Assembly: GCA_964528975.1 (NCBI GenBank)
Contig: CAZGVG010000002.1
Span: forward strand, 1 to 59,389
DNA from: an uncultured Hyphomonas sp.
GTDB lineage: Bacteria > Pseudomonadota > Alphaproteobacteria > Caulobacterales > Hyphomonadaceae
Direction of reading: 5' to 3'
DNA length: 59,389 nt
Shown here one piece after another: positions 58,234 to 59,389 of this stretch; position 1 is the first letter of the stretch; the number at the start of each line of letters is the position of its first letter. The translations under genes were made by a program, and so were the position numbers. The notes beneath the pieces are model-generated. The model made no database searches and was not told where the DNA came from. It saw only the letters and a program-made list of their open reading frames with translations.

Positions 58234-59388
58234 CTAAACGCGCTTTTCAATCTCAGTGATCACCGCGTCAGCCGTGATGTTGAACTTGGCATAAAGATCC
58301 TGATAAGGGCCTGAAGCCCCGAAGCTGTTCATCCCGACAAAGCCGCCATCATAACCGATCCAGCGATCCCAGCCGAAGCGAACGCCAGCTTCTACAGCGA
58401 CTTTAGGTAAGTCGCCGCCCAAAGTCTCGCGTTGATAGCTTTCAGATTGCTGCTCGAACAGGTCCATGCAGGGCATTGAAACAACACGTGCCGCGATGCC
58501 CTTTTCAGCGAGCGCCGCTTGAGCCGCCATAGCGATCTCGACTTCTGACCCGGTCGCAATGATAACCGCTTGGGCGCCATCGGCCTCTGACAGGACATAA
58601 CCGCCTTTAGCGGACAGGTTCTCGTCAGTATGCAAGGTGCGTGCTGATTTCACCTTCTGACGGGTTAGCGCCATCGTTGAGGGGCCGTCTGTTTGACGCA
58701 AAGCTGTTTCCCAGCACTCAGCGGTTTCAACCCCGTCGCAGGGGCGGAAGACCAGCATGTTTGGCATCGCGCGCAGAGAGGCCACATGCTCCACCGGCTG
58801 GTGGGTAGGGCCATCTTCGCCAAGGCCGATCGAATCGTGTGTCATCACGTGAATGACCCGCTCGCCCATCAGAGCGCCAAGACGAATTGCGGCGCGTGAA
58901 TAGTCCGCAAACACAAGGAACGTCCCAGAGTATGGTAGGATCCCACCATGCAGCGCCATGCCGTTCATCGCTGCCGCCATGGCATGCTCGCGAATGCCGT
59001 AATGGACATAACGCCCGCCCCAATTGTCAGGGCTGATTGGGTCTGTGTGGCTGGTCTTGGTATTGTTAGAGCCAGTGAGATCAGCAGACCCGCCAATCAT
59101 TTCAGGGATTGCTTCTGTGAGTTTCTCAAGGACCGCACCAGACCACTTGCGCGTCGCATCATCCTTGCCGCCTTCAATGACAGCCCTTTTGTGAGCGGCA
59201 ACAACCTCAGCGAGGCCACCATGCAGATGGCCATCCATACAGGCCTTAAATTCAGACTTCTGGACCGAAGCTTCCAAACGGTTCTGCCAGTCTGAATACG
59301 CACCAAGGCTGCGTTGCCCAGCTGCTTTCCAAGCCGTTTCAATCTCGGCGGGGATATCAAACGGCGCGTGTGGCCAGCCAATAGACTG
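58234..59388 (-). CDS. tkt: Transketolase, C-terminal part (5'-truncated by window edge)
   Basis: GGSADLTGSN, YGIREHAM, THDSIGLGEDGPTHQP; frame stays open to the window end (QSIGWPHAPF...). Confidence 0.97.
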   Translation of the reverse strand, partial: QSIGWPHAPFDIPAEIETAWKAAGQRSLGAYSDWQNRLEASVQKSEFKACMDGHLHGGLAEVVAAHKRAVIEGGKDDATRKWSGAVLEKLTEAIPEMIGGSADLTGSNNTKTSHTDPISPDNWGGRYVHYGIREHAMAAAMNGMALHGGILPYSGTFLVFADYSRAAIRLGALMGERVIHVMTHDSIGLGEDGPTHQPVEHVASLRAMPNMLVFRPCDGVETAECWETALRQTDGPSTMALTRQKVKSARTLHTDENLSAKGGYVLSEADGAQAVIIATGSEVEIAMAAQAALAEKGIAARVVSMPCMDLFEQQSESYQRETLGGDLPKVAVEAGVRFGWDRWIGYDGGFVGMNSFGASGPYQDLYAKFNITADAVITEIEKRV

Positions 59389-59389
59389 G

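Noticed and set aside
58234-59389. Split or pseudogenised transketolase
   Set aside because: The reading frame is open to the window edge; the short ORF call is a truncation artefact.

Overview
A ~59 kb, moderately GC-rich, gene-dense piece of core chromosome from an alphaproteobacterium. The gene content and protein styles suggest a marine Hyphomonadaceae/Caulobacterales-like organism (inference). It holds about 64 CDSs: rplU-rpmA-GNAT-obgE-proB, an orphan PTS EIIA/HPr pair, gpmA-purU, ethylmalonyl-CoA pathway genes (ecm/meaA, ccr, mch), tolQRAB-pal-cpoB-tilS, dapF-mtaB-ftsY-ygfA, prfA-prmC, ispG, two TadE-like pseudopilins, mutL, a PAS-GGDEF cyclase, uvrC, a PduO-type adenosyltransferase, a divergent metal (probably zinc) locus and a partial tkt. 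I saw no tRNA, rRNA, CRISPR array, transposase, integrase or phage gene. The best candidate for an under-described system is the divergent metal locus: zrgA-like His-rich lipoprotein, LolD/MacB-type ABC, DUF3299 lipoprotein, then ZIP and HupE/UreJ, around a Zur-like box. Other leads are PhaR-like boxes before three dispersed EMC genes, a possible RNA switch after rpmA, a structured DUF4167 leader, a stand-alone RibD-like deaminase and a CE15-like esterase facing a DUF1214/DUF1254 pair. All family calls come from motif recognition by eye; no searches were run.
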